NCBI GenBank assembly: GCA_965205975.1
Contig: OZ242195.1
Coordinates: 4,544,001-4,608,000, forward strand
From: Candidatus Latescibacterota bacterium
GTDB lineage: Bacteria > Latescibacterota > UBA2968
Direction of reading: 5' to 3'
DNA: 64,000 nucleotides
Below the pieces are notes generated by a model. That model was given only the letters and a program-made list of their open reading frames with translations. It was not told the origin of the DNA and ran no database searches. The position numbers and the translations under genes were made by a program. Of the stretch, positions 9,236 to 21,326 are shown in pieces; the stretch's first letter is position 1; each line of letters starts with the position of its first letter.

Positions 9236-10855
9236 TTAGTGCATGTGCCCGTGATCGTGGGCGGGCGCTGCACCTTCGTTTTCTTCTGGCAGATCTGTCA
9301 CCAGAGCTTCGGTTGTCAATAACAGTCCCGCGATGGACGCTGCATTTTCCATCGCAGTGCGCACCACTTTTGTGGGATCAATTACACCGGAATCTACGAG
9401 GTCTTCGTATTGCTCGGTGCGTGCATTAAACCCGTAAGCGCCTTCGCCTTCGTTCACTTTTTGCACGACGAGGCTGCCTTCTATGCCGGCATTATCGGCG
9501 ATTTGACGCAGGGGGGCTTGCAGTGCGCGACGCACGATATCTACGCCTGTGCTCTGGTCGCCATGTACATCCGTTTCGTCTAATGCGCCAAGGCTGCGCA
9601 GGAGGGCGACTCCGCCGCCGGGTACGATGCCTTCTTCAACGGCAGCGCGCACGGAATGGAGTGCGTCTTCGACGCGGGCTTTCTTTTCTTTCATTTCTGT
9701 TTCTGTTGCCGCTCCAACGTTGATGACGGCCACACCTCCGGCCAATTTTGCCAATCGCTCTTCGAGTTTTTCGCGGTCGTAGTCAGAGGTGGTGTCTTCA
9801 ATCTGCCGACGAATCTGACTCGTTCTGCCCTGGATATCGGCTATAGATCCCACGCCTTCTACGATTGTGGTGTTGTCTTTGTCGATCACTACGCGCTTGG
9901 TCTGCCCGAGGTCGCTAATCTCGACGTTTTCGAGCTTTATGCCGAGGTCTTCCGTTATCACGCGCCCACCTGTTAGTACGGCGATGTCACCCAACATTTC
10001 TTTGCGGCGGTCGCCATATCCCGGTGCTTTTACGGCACAGGCAGCGAGGGTGCCGCGCACTTTGTTGACGACAAAAGTGGCGAGAGCTTCACCTTCGACG
10101 TCTTCGGCGATGACCAGAAGCGGCTTGCCTGCACCGGCAACTTTTTCGAGCAGAGGCAATAAGTCGTTCATGTTTGACAACTTCGCCTCGTGAATGAGAA
10201 TCAGCGCGTCTTCCAGTATGGCTTCCATGTTTTCCTGATCGGTCACAAAATAGGGCGATAGATAACCGCGGTCAAACTGCATTCCTTCGACTACATCCAG
10301 TGTTGTCTCGATGCTTTTGGCTTCTTCGACTGTGATTGTGCCGTCTTTGCCAACTTTGTCCATTGCATCGGCTATAATCTCTCCGATGCTGCTGTCACTG
10401 TTGGCGGATATTGTCCCTACTTGTGCAATTGAGTTGCGGTCTTTTACCGGCTGGCTCTGGTCTTCCAATGCTTTGACCACGGATGCAACAGCCGCGTCGA
10501 TACCGCGTTTGAGGTCCATCGGGTTGGCTCCGGCGGTTACATTGCGCAAGCCTTCACGGAAGATCGCTTCGGCGAGTACTGTCGCTGTGGTTGTGCCGTC
10601 GCCTGCAATGTCAGAAGTCTTGGAAGCGACTTCTTTGACCATCTGCACTCCCATGTTTTCGTAAGCGTCTTCGAGTTCGATTTCTTTTGCAACGCTCACG
10701 CCGTCTTTTGTCACGGTGGGAGACCCCCAGGATTTTGCGACAACCACATTTCGTCCAGCAGGTCCCAACGTGGCTTTCACGGCTTTGCTCAGGAGCGTTA
10801 CACCATCGAGAATGCGCTCTCGAGCATCTATTCCATAGGCAATCTGTTTTGCCAT
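9236..10855 (-). CDS. groL: Chaperonin GroEL
   Basis: [49 protein letters not shown]. Confidence 0.99.
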   Translation of the reverse strand: MAKQIAYGIDARERILDGVTLLSKAVKATLGPAGRNVVVAKSWGSPTVTKDGVSVAKEIELEDAYENMGVQMVKEVASKTSDIAGDGTTTATVLAEAIFREGLRNVTAGANPMDLKRGIDAAVASVVKALEDQSQPVKDRNSIAQVGTISANSDSSIGEIIADAMDKVGKDGTITVEEAKSIETTLDVVEGMQFDRGYLSPYFVTDQENMEAILEDALILIHEAKLSNMNDLLPLLEKVAGAGKPLLVIAEDVEGEALATFVVNKVRGTLAACAVKAPGYGDRRKEMLGDIAVLTGGRVITEDLGIKLENVEISDLGQTKRVVIDKDNTTIVEGVGSIADIQGRTSQIRRQIEDTTSDYDREKLEERLAKLAGGVAVINVGAATETEMKEKKARVEDALHSVRAAVEEGIVPGGGVALLRSLGALDETDVHGDQSTGVDIVRRALQAPLRQIADNAGIEGSLVVQKVNEGEGAYGFNARTEQYEDLVDSGVIDPTKVVRTAMENAASIAGLLLTTEALVTDLPEENEGAAPAHDHGHMH

Positions 10856-10870
10856 AATATCAATCTCCTT

Positions 10871-11158
10871 CTACTGAATAATGCCCAATACGTCATCTTC
10901 GTTTACGATTACGTAATCATCGCCATCAACTTCAATTTCCGTGCCGGAGTATTTGCCAATTAAAATTTTTTCTCCAGATTTTACCGCTGGCGCGATCACG
11001 TCGCCATTCTTATTGCGTTTGCCCGGTCCAACGGCAACGACCTCAGCTTCCTGTGGTGTTTCCACAGCGGTATCGGGGATGATAATGCCCCCCTTCACTT
11101 GCTCATCAGCATCCACCCGTCGCACCAGGATGCGATCGGAAAGCGGACGGACATTCAT
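10871..11158 (-). CDS. groS: Co-chaperonin GroES
   Basis: MNVRPLSDRILV...GGIIIPDTA...VVAVGPG, directly upstream of groEL. Confidence 0.99.
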   Translation of the reverse strand: MNVRPLSDRILVRRVDADEQVKGGIIIPDTAVETPQEAEVVAVGPGKRNKNGDVIAPAVKSGEKILIGKYSGTEIEVDGDDYVIVNEDDVLGIIQ

Positions 11159-11213
11159 GAGAACCCTCCTTGAAAAACAGTTAAACGTAATAAATTTAAT
11201 TGTTTATATGTTG

Positions 11214-11240
11214 TTAGCACTCTGTTATTTTGAGTGCTAA
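11214..11240. promoter_or_regulatory. CIRCE element (HrcA operator)
   Basis: Perfect TTAGCACTC-N9-GAGTGCTAA upstream of groES. Confidence 0.97.
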
Positions 11241-11248
11241 GGCGGGAA

Positions 11249-11277
11249 AATATACAGAAGCACCAATATTTGCGCAA
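11249..11277 (-). promoter_or_regulatory. Sigma70-type promoter of groESL
   Basis: TTGCGC-17-TATATT on the minus strand, just upstream of CIRCE. Confidence 0.6.
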
Positions 11278-11342
11278 GTGTAAAAAGTGGAATCCGCAGA
11301 TGGACGCAGATGAAGAAGAAGGGCTGGGAAATGTGAACGACT

Positions 11343-11359
11343 GTAGGGGCGAGGCATGC
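11343..11359 (+). repeat. Half copy of GTAG-type REP-like repeat
   Basis: GTAGGGGCGAGGCATGC is identical to 63772-63788. Confidence 0.65.
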
Positions 11360-11366
11360 GTCATTG

Positions 11367-11837
11367 CTATATATCAGCCAGCTTTGTTTTTTTCTGAGCC
11401 AGTACTTTTTCCAGATGATCAATTTGCTCTTTGAGCAGTTCAGGGGTTTCTGGCGCGCCCATTTCTTCCGGTGGCGGTGGTATTTCAGCCGGCAAATGCG
11501 CATCTTCCCAATCCCCGTATCCGCCGTCCATCGAGATCACTTTTTCGTATCCCATGGTTTTCAGGGTTTCGCCAGCGAGGAGGGATCGCACGCCGCCTGC
11601 ACAAATCACAATCACTTCACGCGATTTATCGGGCATTGCCAATTCAGCTTTATATTCCAATTCGCCGCGCGGTATGTGTACTGATCCTTTTAAGTGCCCG
11701 CGCTCCCATTCATCCAGTCCTCGCACGTCGAGTAATACGGGATTATTACCCTCGTTCAAATACTCATTTACTTCCTGTACAGTCATTTCTGAAATATTTT
11801 GACGCGCATCATCCAGCAAATTTTCACGCGACTTCAT
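11367..11837 (-). CDS. Rhodanese-like domain protein
   Basis: LLDVRGLDEWERGHLKGSVHIP, active-site loop CAGGVRS, SMDGGYGDW. Confidence 0.92.
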   Translation of the reverse strand: MKSRENLLDDARQNISEMTVQEVNEYLNEGNNPVLLDVRGLDEWERGHLKGSVHIPRGELEYKAELAMPDKSREVIVICAGGVRSLLAGETLKTMGYEKVISMDGGYGDWEDAHLPAEIPPPPEEMGAPETPELLKEQIDHLEKVLAQKKTKLADI

Positions 11838-11858
11838 ACGTTTATCTCCTCATTGATT

Positions 11859-14800
11859 TTAAGCTCTTCCATGGCAATGCTTGTACTTCTTGCCACTGCC
11901 GCACGGACATGGCGCGTTTCGCCCCACCTTTTTTTCAACGCGTACCGGCTGTTTTTTTGGCGCATCGCCTTCTGTAGAATTGGCGGTCAATTCATCGGCG
12001 CCCGGTTCGGGCATGCCAGCAAAGCCCATTCCCGTGGCATCGCGGTGTTCCAATGACAGGCGTGCAGGCTGCTGGGTGCGCGGTTGTGCGGGTGTTTCTT
12101 CAATAGAGATGCGGAATAACAATCGCAATGTTTCTCGGTTGATGTCTTCGAGCAATGCTACAAACATCTCGTAACCTTCGCGCTTGTACTCGATCAATGG
12201 ATTTTTTTGTCCATAACCGCGAAGGCCAATGCCCTCTTTCAGATCGTCCATTTCGCGGAGGTGTTCTTTCCACTTTTCATCAAAGACGCTCAGGTAAATC
12301 ATGCGTTCTATCTGGCGCATACGGTCTTCCCCAATGACCCTTTCGCGGCGATCATAAGCCTCGCGAACCCCGCGCAATACACGATCTCGCAAACCCGCTT
12401 CGCGCAATTGGGGCAGATCTTCATCGGGTATGACAGGTGCTTGCAAAAACACATTGCGCAAATCGTTCATTAATCCATCGAAATTCCAGTCTTCGGGATG
12501 TGCGTCGGGCGGTATATGAATATCCAATAGCGCATCGATGGTTTCGTCGATCATTTCGCTGATCATCGCCGAGATATCTTCTTCTTCCAGCGCGTGTCTG
12601 CGTCTGTCGTAAATCACTTCGCGCTGTTGATTCATTACGTCGTCGTAATCCAGCACCTGTTTTCGAAATTCAAAATTGCGCGCTTCAACCCGTTTTTGCG
12701 CGGTTTCAATGGATTTTGTCACCCAGCTATGTTCGATTACTTCGCCTTCTTCAGCACCCAGACGGTCCATGACACGGGCAATGCGCTCGGATCCAAATAG
12801 ACGCATTAAATCGTCTTCCAGTGAGATGAAAAACCGCGAGCTTCCCGGGTCCCCTTGCCGCCCAGAGCGACCGCGCAATTGCCGGTCGATGCGACGGGAT
12901 TCGTGTCGTTCAGTGCCAATAATAGTCAATCCACACGGGACTTCATCTCGACACCCGTATTCGTCTATGTAAGGACACAGGGGCTGGGTGCTATCGGGAT
13001 TTGCAATCAATGCACACTGGTGCCCTTCGGGCGCTTTTACGATGCCGGGTCCCAGTTTGATATCTGTACCGCGCCCGGCCATATTGGTCGCTATTGTTAC
13101 GGCACCGGGTTGCCCGGCCTGCGCGATGATCTGCGCTTCTTGTACATTTTGTCGGGCATTGAGTACCTGGTGTTTGATTTTTTTGCGTGCGAGCATCCGC
13201 GAAATCAACTCGGAGGTTTCAACGGAAATTGTGCCGACCAGGACTGGCAATTTTTGTTCGTGCAAATGCACGATTTCATCGAGTAGAGCATTGTATTTTT
13301 CGCGTTTTGTGCGGTAGATCCAGTCGTTAGAATCGATGCGGCGCACTGGCTCATGCGTTGGAATCGATACCACATCGAGTTTGTAGATTTGATGAAATTC
13401 TTCGGCTTCTGTTTCGGCTGTGCCCGTCATTCCCGCCAGTCGGTCATAGAGTCTGAAATAATTTTGCAACGTAATGGTTGCCACTGTTTGCGTGTCGCGT
13501 TCGACTTTTACCTTTTCTTTTGCTTCCAATGCCTGGTGCAATCCATCGGCAAAACGGCGTCCGGGCTGTGGCCGTCCCGTAAATTCATCGACGATGACAA
13601 CCTTGCCGTCGTCGATCATGTATTGCACGTCTTTTTCATACAGAGAATAGGCTTGCAACAATTTTCGTACACTGTGGATGGATTCATTTTTTTCTGCGTA
13701 ATCCTGATAGGCAGCTTCTTTTGCCTGGTCTTCTTCTGCATCTGATAGCGATTTATTCTGTTCTATATCCCGAAGCACTTCATCGAGATCTGGCAATACG
13801 AAATCGTCTGGATTGCGGCTGATTTCGTCGCGTCCCTTTTCTGTCAGGTCGATGATGTGACTTTTTTCGTCGATGCTGAAATAGAGGTCTTCGTCCAGTT
13901 CCCCGGTGCGCTTGTCGCGGATATAATCGGATTCAACCCGCTGCACGAGGCGCTTGATGCCCTCTTCTTGGAGTCGCTTCATGAAGCGACTATTTTTGGG
14001 CATTCCGCGCTGGACCTGCAATAACAAGATGCCGGCCTCGTATTCATCGCCGGATTCGAGTTCTTCTTCTGCGTCTTTTAAAATATTGTTTACGACTCGG
14101 GTTTGCGCTCGCACCAATTTTTCGACCAGCGGACGCATTTCTTCATACCGATGAGATGTGGATTCTGCCACTGGTCCCGAAATGATCAACGGTGTGCGCG
14201 CCTCGTCGATCAGGATGCTATCTACCTCGTCAATAATTGCAAAATAGTGCTCGCGCTGTATCAGGTCTTCGGGGCGAATCGCCATGTTATCGTAGAGGTA
14301 ATCAAAACCAAACTGATCTTTTGTGCCGTACACGATATCCATAAGACAGGCGTCTTTGTGATCGCATGGGCGCATGCGATATCCGTCTTTCCCCTCTTCT
14401 TCCATAATAAAACCTTCCACGCCCAACGCTCGGTCCTGAATGACGCCTACGGTGAGGCCCAGGAACAGATACACGGGTCCCAGCCACATGGCGTCGCGCT
14501 TGGCGAGGTAGGAGTTTACGGTGACGAGATGCACGCCGCGCCCGAGCAAGCCATTCAGGTACAAAGCCAGACCCGCAGCCAGCGTTTTGCCTTCGCCTGT
14601 GGCCATTTCGGCGATTTTGCCCTGATGCAATACGGTGGCACCGATTAATTGCACGTCATAGGGTATTTCATGCCACACGATTTGATCGCCAGCGCGATCC
14701 CAGGACTTCTCCCGCTCTTTGAAGCGCCTACACGTTTCCTTAAAGACGGCAAATGCCTCTGGGTGAATTTCATCGAGCACATCGCGCTCAATATCCTTGA

Positions 14801-15077
14801 TTTCGGCCTCGATTTCTGCAATGGCTTCCAATTGTTCGGTGCGGTCTTCGTCTCGTTGCAACGCGGCCAATTCTTCCTTGAATTGAATGAGATGTTTTTG
14901 AGCATCATCAGTCGCTTCGGCAACGCGCGTGCGAAATTCTATTGTTTTGCCTTTTAATTCCTCGTCGGACAAAGAGGCATACTCTTCGTAGAGTTGATTA
15001 ATTTCATCCACAATCGGTTGCATTTTCTTTACATCCCGATCGTGTTTGCTGCCGAAAATTTTTGTCAGGAAATTCAT
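11859..15077 (-). CDS. secA: Protein translocase subunit SecA
   Basis: [53 protein letters not shown] and C-terminal SEC-C motif [17 protein letters not shown]. Start [10 protein letters not shown] at 15077. Confidence 0.99.
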   Translation of the reverse strand: MNFLTKIFGSKHDRDVKKMQPIVDEINQLYEEYASLSDEELKGKTIEFRTRVAEATDDAQKHLIQFKEELAALQRDEDRTEQLEAIAEIEAEIKDIERDVLDEIHPEAFAVFKETCRRFKEREKSWDRAGDQIVWHEIPYDVQLIGATVLHQGKIAEMATGEGKTLAAGLALYLNGLLGRGVHLVTVNSYLAKRDAMWLGPVYLFLGLTVGVIQDRALGVEGFIMEEEGKDGYRMRPCDHKDACLMDIVYGTKDQFGFDYLYDNMAIRPEDLIQREHYFAIIDEVDSILIDEARTPLIISGPVAESTSHRYEEMRPLVEKLVRAQTRVVNNILKDAEEELESGDEYEAGILLLQVQRGMPKNSRFMKRLQEEGIKRLVQRVESDYIRDKRTGELDEDLYFSIDEKSHIIDLTEKGRDEISRNPDDFVLPDLDEVLRDIEQNKSLSDAEEDQAKEAAYQDYAEKNESIHSVRKLLQAYSLYEKDVQYMIDDGKVVIVDEFTGRPQPGRRFADGLHQALEAKEKVKVERDTQTVATITLQNYFRLYDRLAGMTGTAETEAEEFHQIYKLDVVSIPTHEPVRRIDSNDWIYRTKREKYNALLDEIVHLHEQKLPVLVGTISVETSELISRMLARKKIKHQVLNARQNVQEAQIIAQAGQPGAVTIATNMAGRGTDIKLGPGIVKAPEGHQCALIANPDSTQPLCPYIDEYGCRDEVPCGLTIIGTERHESRRIDRQLRGRSGRQGDPGSSRFFISLEDDLMRLFGSERIARVMDRLGAEEGEVIEHSWVTKSIETAQKRVEARNFEFRKQVLDYDDVMNQQREVIYDRRRHALEEEDISAMISEMIDETIDALLDIHIPPDAHPEDWNFDGLMNDLRNVFLQAPVIPDEDLPQLREAGLRDRVLRGVREAYDRRERVIGEDRMRQIERMIYLSVFDEKWKEHLREMDDLKEGIGLRGYGQKNPLIEYKREGYEMFVALLEDINRETLRLLFRISIEETPAQPRTQQPARLSLEHRDATGMGFAGMPEPGADELTANSTEGDAPKKQPVRVEKKVGRNAPCPCGSGKKYKHCHGRA

Positions 15078-15088
15078 TTTACCGCCTT

Positions 15089-15823
15089 TCACATCCCAAG
15101 TTCGATGCGTTCGGCCAAAAAAGGCGGAAGGCCCGCCGATAGAATTTTGGCCTGCGCTGTTGCCACATCGTAAGACACGCGGCGCAATTGGAGGTTCCCT
15201 TTTTCTCGATCCCACACGACAAAAGCCGCTCGCGCATCGCCGTCGCGAGGTTGTCCTACACTGCCGACATTTACGAGATATCGGTCATTGTCGGACAACT
15301 GCACTTCTCCTTCGCGTGTAAGTACCGTTTTTTCAGATGCCGAGCACACAAATGCGCGGTGAGAATGTCCGACAAAACACATCTCGAAATTGGTTTGAGC
15401 GAGTATTGACCAGCCATCTTCGGGGTCGAATAAATAGTGCCACAACTCGGGTTCAATTGGCGAAGCATGGGCATAACAATAAGCAGATTCGTTTTGAAAG
15501 GGTTGGTAAGATCGCAATAGCGAGGCGTTTTCATCACTCAGCATTTGAACAGTCCATTGTATTGCCGCCAGTGCCACGGGGTTAAAAAACCCCGGATCTT
15601 CCAGGCCCACTGCCGCCCAATCGTGATTGCCCGCCAGCACGAGGTCCGATACTTCGCGCACGCGTTCTATGCACATATTGGGGTCTGCGCCGTATCCAAC
15701 CATATCGCCCAAACAAATAATTCGATCTACCTGTGCTTCTGCAATTTTTTCCAGCACTGTTTGCAAGGCTTCGAGATTTCCGTGTACATCTGAGAAAATC
15801 GCGATGCGTCCAATATTATCCAT
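15089..15823 (-). CDS. Metallophosphoesterase (calcineurin-like, YfcE/MJ0912 type)
   Basis: [34 protein letters not shown]. Alternative start at 15838. Confidence 0.92.
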   Translation of the reverse strand: MDNIGRIAIFSDVHGNLEALQTVLEKIAEAQVDRIICLGDMVGYGADPNMCIERVREVSDLVLAGNHDWAAVGLEDPGFFNPVALAAIQWTVQMLSDENASLLRSYQPFQNESAYCYAHASPIEPELWHYLFDPEDGWSILAQTNFEMCFVGHSHRAFVCSASEKTVLTREGEVQLSDNDRYLVNVGSVGQPRDGDARAAFVVWDREKGNLQLRRVSYDVATAQAKILSAGLPPFLAERIELGM

Positions 15824-16238
15824 TGGGGTGTCCCGCATTCATCTTGGACAGGGTATCGAGAATACCGTTGATAAAGTTAGAAGCATTGGCTTCACTAAAT
15901 TGCTTGGCCAGTTCTATTGCTTCGTCAATAGAGACTTTGTAGGGAATATCTTCGAAATAGCGCATTTCGGCAAGTGCCATCCAGAGGACGATGCGATCTA
16001 TACGCGAAACCCGATCTAATGACCAATTTTCCAGTACGGGTTCAATAGATGCGTCCAGTTCTTCTCGGTGCTCCCAGGCTGTTTGGGCCAGAGTTATCGC
16101 AAAATCCGAGGTTGATGCCGAAAGGCGTGCACGGATGCACATGGTCTGCGCTGTCTGTTGTACTGGGTCGCCAACGCTCACGGTCCAATAAAGTGCTTGC
16201 AACGCAGCCTGACGCGCTTTACGTCTCGATTTTATCAT
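15816..16238 (-). CDS. nusB: Transcription antitermination factor NusB
   Basis: [32 protein letters not shown]. Follows ribH as usual. Confidence 0.97.
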   Translation of the reverse strand: MIKSRRKARQAALQALYWTVSVGDPVQQTAQTMCIRARLSASTSDFAITLAQTAWEHREELDASIEPVLENWSLDRVSRIDRIVLWMALAEMRYFEDIPYKVSIDEAIELAKQFSEANASNFINGILDTLSKMNAGHPNG

Positions 16239-16711
16239 TTTTTTGACTCCCAGTCAGCGATAACTCCAATCATTTCAATCGCGCCCAGTGCAGCTTCCCA
16301 ACCCTTATTGCCGGCTTTGGTCCCTGCCCTCTCAATCGCTTGTTCAATGGTATCGGTTGTCAAAATACCAAATATGGTGGGTACACCTGTTTCGCGACCA
16401 ATAGATGCCACGCCTTTTGCGGCTTCGTTGCATACGTAGTCAAAATGCGGTGTGCTGCCTCTGATTATTGCGCCCAGACAGATAAGCGCGTCATATCGAC
16501 CGCTTTGCGCCATTTTTTGTGCCATCGTGGGAATTTCAAAACTTCCCGGCACCCATACCACGTCTATGGCATCTGTATCGCCACCGTGCCGCGCAATACA
16601 ATCGAGCGCGCCACCGAGCAATTCTTTGCTGATAAACGCATTGAATCGCGCCACCACAATGCCAAACTGTTTGCCTTTTGCCAATAGCTGACCTTCATAA
16701 ACTTTGGGCAT
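16235..16711 (-). CDS. ribH: 6,7-dimethyl-8-ribityllumazine synthase
   Basis: [35 protein letters not shown]. Confidence 0.99.
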   Translation of the reverse strand: MPKVYEGQLLAKGKQFGIVVARFNAFISKELLGGALDCIARHGGDTDAIDVVWVPGSFEIPTMAQKMAQSGRYDALICLGAIIRGSTPHFDYVCNEAAKGVASIGRETGVPTIFGILTTDTIEQAIERAGTKAGNKGWEAALGAIEMIGVIADWESKK

Positions 16712-17951
16712 CGCGATCTCCTTCTTCGCCTAATTGCAATTCGTCCTCTTTAAATAAATGTCCCATCTTTTCTTGCTTAGTCCGCATATATGTCAAGTTC
16801 CATTTGTTGACCTGAATGGCGACCGGGACGCGGTCTATAATTTCTATTCCGTATGCTTCCAGGCCCACGCGCTTTGAGGGGTTATTGGTGATGAGTGCAA
16901 CTTTTCTGATTCCCAAATCCGACAAAATTTGTGCGCCAATGCCGTAATCTCGGTCGTCCATCTTAAATCCGAGTTTCAAGTTGGCTTCTACGGTATCATA
17001 TCCCTCTTCTTGCAGTTTGTACGCGTGCAATTTTGCCCGCAGGCCAATACCTCGCCCTTCCTGCCGCATATAAACCAGGGCTCCGCGTCCTTCTTTTTCA
17101 ATCATCTCGAGTGCAGAGTGCAAATTTTTCTCGCAGTCACAGCGCAATGAGCCGAGCGAGTCTCCTGTCAGACATTCGGAGTGCATCCGCACCATTACGG
17201 GTGTATCGCCGGAAAGGTCGCCTTTTACCAGTGCGACGTGTTCGCGTTCATCTACGTCGCTTTCATACAGGTGTAATTGAAATGTGCCAAATCGCGTGGG
17301 CATATCCACTTGCTCGACACAGCGCACCAGTTTTTCGGAACGGCGGCGATAGGCGATCAAATCGTGAATTGTCGTCACTTTCAAGCCAAATTGGTCGGCA
17401 ATTTCCAAAAGCTGTGGCAAACGTGCCATGGTGCCGTCTTCATTCAGTATTTCACACAGTACACCGGCGGGAGACAGGCCGGCCAAACGCGCCAGATCTA
17501 CGGCTGCTTCTGTGTGTCCCGCTCGTCTCAAAACCCCGCCGGGCATTGCGCGCAGTGGAAAAATGTGGCCTGGCCTACCAAAATTCTCAGACCGCGATTT
17601 GGGATCTACAAATTGTCGAATTGTTTCCGCTCGATCCTGTGCGGAAATACCGGTCGTTACACCATAGAGCGCGTCAATACTCACGGTGAAGGGCGTGCCG
17701 TGAAGCGCTGTGTTGGTATTGACCATCATGTCCAGGTCGAGTTCTTTGAGACGGTCGGGCGTTGCGGGCAAGCAGACCAGTCCGCGTCCATGGCGCGCCA
17801 TAAAATTAATGGCTTCAGATGTTACTTTTTCCGCGGCCATAATGAAGTCGCCTTCATTTTCCCGGTCTTCGTCATCAACGACAATGACGATTTTTCCCGC
17901 TCGAATATCTTCGAGGGCTTCTTCTATTGTTGCGATTTTGCCCATATACAC
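16695..17951 (-). CDS. ribBA: Bifunctional DHBP synthase / GTP cyclohydrolase II
   Basis: [47 protein letters not shown]. Confidence 0.98.
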   Translation of the reverse strand: MYMGKIATIEEALEDIRAGKIVIVVDDEDRENEGDFIMAAEKVTSEAINFMARHGRGLVCLPATPDRLKELDLDMMVNTNTALHGTPFTVSIDALYGVTTGISAQDRAETIRQFVDPKSRSENFGRPGHIFPLRAMPGGVLRRAGHTEAAVDLARLAGLSPAGVLCEILNEDGTMARLPQLLEIADQFGLKVTTIHDLIAYRRRSEKLVRCVEQVDMPTRFGTFQLHLYESDVDEREHVALVKGDLSGDTPVMVRMHSECLTGDSLGSLRCDCEKNLHSALEMIEKEGRGALVYMRQEGRGIGLRAKLHAYKLQEEGYDTVEANLKLGFKMDDRDYGIGAQILSDLGIRKVALITNNPSKRVGLEAYGIEIIDRVPVAIQVNKWNLTYMRTKQEKMGHLFKEDELQLGEEGDRDAQSL

Positions 17952-17962
17952 CTTCCTGTAAA

Positions 17963-18607
17963 CTATTGGTCGCTCATCATCTCCCGGATGCGATCTTCTG
18001 TGAGCTTATTTTTACCATTTCCAAGTTGCACTAACCGCTCCAGATAACGCGCGATCATATCCACTTCGATATTTACCCGGTCACCCGGATATTTTTCCGA
18101 CAATGTCGTCACTTTTAATGTGTGAGGAATTGCCGTGATCGAAAAGGATCGATCGGTTACTGAAATCACTGTCAGGCTGATTCCGTTGACGGTGACAGAG
18201 CCTTTTTCGGCAATATAAGGAGCCAACTCAGACGGTACTTCAAACTCAAATACAATTTGATCGGGAGATTCCATGCGGTCTGTCACGCGCCCCACGCCAT
18301 CTACGTGTGCGGCAACGAGATGACCGTCGAGGCGGTCGCCGAGTTTTAATGACCGCTCCAGATTGACGCGGTTGCCCACGCGGCAATCACCCAATGTCGT
18401 TTTTTGCAGTGTTTCTGCCACGGACTCGATTACAAATGTGTCGGCATCAAAATATACGACGGTATGACACGCACCTTCGATAGCAATGCTGTCGCCTATT
18501 TTTACGCCGTTGAGCACCTGCTTCGCCGCTATGGTCGTGCGCTGATAACCCGCGCGCGATTCAATATGCCGAATCGTTCCCACTTCTTCTACAATGCCGG
18601 TAAACAT
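17963..18607 (-). CDS. ribE: Riboflavin synthase
   Basis: MFTGIVEE N-terminus, [18 protein letters not shown]. Confidence 0.98.
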   Translation of the reverse strand: MFTGIVEEVGTIRHIESRAGYQRTTIAAKQVLNGVKIGDSIAIEGACHTVVYFDADTFVIESVAETLQKTTLGDCRVGNRVNLERSLKLGDRLDGHLVAAHVDGVGRVTDRMESPDQIVFEFEVPSELAPYIAEKGSVTVNGISLTVISVTDRSFSITAIPHTLKVTTLSEKYPGDRVNIEVDMIARYLERLVQLGNGKNKLTEDRIREMMSDQ

Positions 18608-19305
18608 GGTTGCTCAGATTTTTTTGGCGATTTTTTCACGCGAGCAGTGAACAAAAAATCATTGCCGATGGATTCGACTTTTACGTTTTCAAGTTCAATT
18701 GCATCGGTTATTGAAGTGATGTTTAAGGATCCGATTGCGGGTATTCCAGCTCCCAGTATTTTTGGAGCGACATATGCGGCTATCCGATCCACCAGGCTCA
18801 GGCGCAATGCCGATGCAGCCACGCGACTGCCGCCTTCGATCAGGATGTGTTGCAATCCCATTTGAGCGGCTTTTTGCAAGACTGCCTTCAAATCTATTTG
18901 ACCATTCATTACTGGCAACTGCCAAATTTGTGCGCCTTTTTTTTTTCGGTCTTTTATCCGTTTTTTGCACACCTCTTCAGCGGTTGCTATAATCAGAGGT
19001 GCCCCGCTAAAAATTTTGGCGTTTAATCCGATTTTTAGCTGAGAATCCAGAACGATTTTTGTCGGGCTGCATCCATCGACATACCGCACGGACAATTTTG
19101 GGTCATCAGTCATCACTGTGCCGCGTCCGACCAGAATCGCATCGGCCTCTGCGCGAAGTTGATGCCCGCGCACCCGCGATGTTTTTGATGTGATCCATTT
19201 CGAGTCGCCCGTGCAGGTGGCGATATTGCCGTCCAGTGTTTGCGCCAGCTTTAAGGTGACAAAAGGCAATCCGGTTGATCGATATTTGGTTTCGAATTCA
19301 TTCAT
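18589..19305 (-). CDS. ribD: RibD reductase domain only (5-amino-6-(5-phosphoribosylamino)uracil reductase)
   Basis: PFVTLKLAQTLDG, SKWITS, DAILVGRGTV..DDP.L, ILIEGG. 238 aa with no deaminase HAE/PC motif. Confidence 0.9.
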   Translation of the reverse strand: MNEFETKYRSTGLPFVTLKLAQTLDGNIATCTGDSKWITSKTSRVRGHQLRAEADAILVGRGTVMTDDPKLSVRYVDGCSPTKIVLDSQLKIGLNAKIFSGAPLIIATAEEVCKKRIKDRKKKGAQIWQLPVMNGQIDLKAVLQKAAQMGLQHILIEGGSRVAASALRLSLVDRIAAYVAPKILGAGIPAIGSLNITSITDAIELENVKVESIGNDFLFTARVKKSPKKSEQPCLPAL

Positions 19306-21326
19306 TATTTCACTTCAAAAACGGTTTTTCCAACCCCCACGTTGCCCAGTGCATCTTCCGCTTTCACTACGAGTGTATAAGAGCCAGTTTTCAGATTTTG
19401 AATGGAAAAATTCAGTGTCTCTGTCGGCGAATCAAATATCTGGTCAGTGGGGAAGACTACCTTCCAATCGTCGGAGTTGAGTGAGTACGCTGCCTTGTGA
19501 ATTGCAGTGGCAGCGTCCTGGATTGAACCGGTTACGCTTATGTTTTTGTCGATCTGCCTTATGTCGTGCAACTGCACAGTTGGTGCCGAATTATCAATGT
19601 CAAAGGGCGCACTGATCGCCTCGGCTGTTAATTCGACGGGATTGTCCAATCGGTCTGATGCTACGACCTTAACTTCGACTGTGCCATCGGGAACAGCTTG
19701 GGTGTGCCAAAAATAATGTGAGGCCTTCAAATCGTCTTTTAACAGCCGCCAGTGCGATTCGCCAATACTTCTAAAATACAGGGTATAAATCAAGGTATCG
19801 TCGTTGGCATCACCGGCAGTCCAATCAATTTTCCACACGCCTTTTTCCATAAATTCTGGATTTTCACCTTCGTTGCCAGACAGGTCGGTCTCGGCTTTAA
19901 CCCTTAATATTCTGGGATGAACATTTTCCTGCAAGCCCGCGAGTTTGATAAAACGCACCAGAGGTGTCGCATTTTCTGATTGTGTCTTCAAAACCAACCG
20001 ATATTGCAAAAAGCGCCCAGGGCGACTGGTAATGGGTTTTCCCGATGTGGTGATTGGCTCTGACCACGCACTCCACGTATCATCGGGTTCTTCGCTGTTG
20101 CCGGACCGCGTTTGAACAGCGACTGATGTTTTTGCTGGTGTTTCGCTTTGCCATGATACGCGCCCCCAATGCGATACCCGATCAAAGTCGTAGGGTTCAG
20201 AAGTGAGTTGCCCTTCTCTCGCAAATTCTTTTTCTATTCGATAAATTTCACCGGATCCACTGCATCCAATCCACAGTGCATTTTTGTGCGCGGCAGCCAT
20301 AACATAGGGATTTACATCTTTTAATACTGTGAGCAAAGTGGCGTTGCCATCGGGCCAAACGCGATGTATGCGGCCGTGTTTTCCCGTGACTACTGTTACT
20401 GTTCCATTGGCATTAATTACAGAATCTAACAACATCGGATCATTCGTATTCCACAGTCGCATTGCCAATCCCGAAGGTTGGATCGCATACAGTGTTGCGC
20501 CGGATTGATCTGATCCTTTTTGCTCTCTCCCATTTCCTTCCGTTCGACCGCTTTGCGCCATCGCTGTTGCGTAAATTGTGCCATTGGGCATTACACTCAG
20601 CGAGTGAATCTCTTTTTCACGGGCGTCGTAAAGCACATCTGCACCACCCTGATCGCGCACCTGATAAATCAGGCCGCTGTTGTCTGTGCCCGCATAAATT
20701 TCGCCCTGAGCACCCAACGCGAGCGATACTACATTGGGGTCCTTGCTCGCGTACAGCGCGACGATTTTGCCCTGTTTGTCAATTTTCAAAATGCGTCCGC
20801 GGTCACCACCTGTACCCGCATATAATCCACCGTCTGGATGTGCGACTATTGCAAATACATGGCGATCACCTGTCTGACAAAATTCCGTGGGTTCTCGTCC
20901 TGGTGCGATGCGATAAATCAGCCCGTCTGGCGATGTGCCCGCATAAAGCGCGCCATCTATACCAATGGCGAGGCTAAATATGTGAACTTCAGGGGAATCA
21001 AATAACAATTCTGCCCGATCGCTGTCGGGCTTGAGCATGTAGATTCGACCTTCTTTGCCGGTTCCGATGTACAGGGTTTTGTTTTTATCTACAAATAGTG
21101 CCCATACAAAGTCTTCACCTGTGTCTGCTACCCGTTTATAGGGTGGTGCCAATGTCACTGTGCCTTCCCGCGTGAGCGACACGCCATCGGGTTCTCCTTT
21201 TAGGAAAGCCGTCTGTGAATCTTCTCGCCAAATTTTGGGCGACACTGCGTTTGCGATTGTTCCAAGGAGGACAAAAAGCAGCACATGTGTCATCCCCGAT
21301 CTCAATATTCTATCTTTTTTCTTCAC
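19305..21326 (-). CDS. Secreted beta-propeller protein with C-terminal Ig/FN3-like domains
   Basis: Signal peptide, repeated LYAGT..G.IY blades, TRSGNSEEPDDTWSAWS. GTG start after AGGAG. Coupled to the S55 gene. Confidence 0.75.
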   Translation of the reverse strand: MKKKDRILRSGMTHVLLFVLLGTIANAVSPKIWREDSQTAFLKGEPDGVSLTREGTVTLAPPYKRVADTGEDFVWALFVDKNKTLYIGTGKEGRIYMLKPDSDRAELLFDSPEVHIFSLAIGIDGALYAGTSPDGLIYRIAPGREPTEFCQTGDRHVFAIVAHPDGGLYAGTGGDRGRILKIDKQGKIVALYASKDPNVVSLALGAQGEIYAGTDNSGLIYQVRDQGGADVLYDAREKEIHSLSVMPNGTIYATAMAQSGRTEGNGREQKGSDQSGATLYAIQPSGLAMRLWNTNDPMLLDSVINANGTVTVVTGKHGRIHRVWPDGNATLLTVLKDVNPYVMAAAHKNALWIGCSGSGEIYRIEKEFAREGQLTSEPYDFDRVSHWGRVSWQSETPAKTSVAVQTRSGNSEEPDDTWSAWSEPITTSGKPITSRPGRFLQYRLVLKTQSENATPLVRFIKLAGLQENVHPRILRVKAETDLSGNEGENPEFMEKGVWKIDWTAGDANDDTLIYTLYFRSIGESHWRLLKDDLKASHYFWHTQAVPDGTVEVKVVASDRLDNPVELTAEAISAPFDIDNSAPTVQLHDIRQIDKNISVTGSIQDAATAIHKAAYSLNSDDWKVVFPTDQIFDSPTETLNFSIQNLKTGSYTLVVKAEDALGNVGVGKTVFEVK

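Noticed and set aside
19290..19320. FMN riboswitch before the rib genes
   Set aside because: The ribD start overlaps the upstream stop, so there is no leader, and I see no RFN consensus upstream of the operon.
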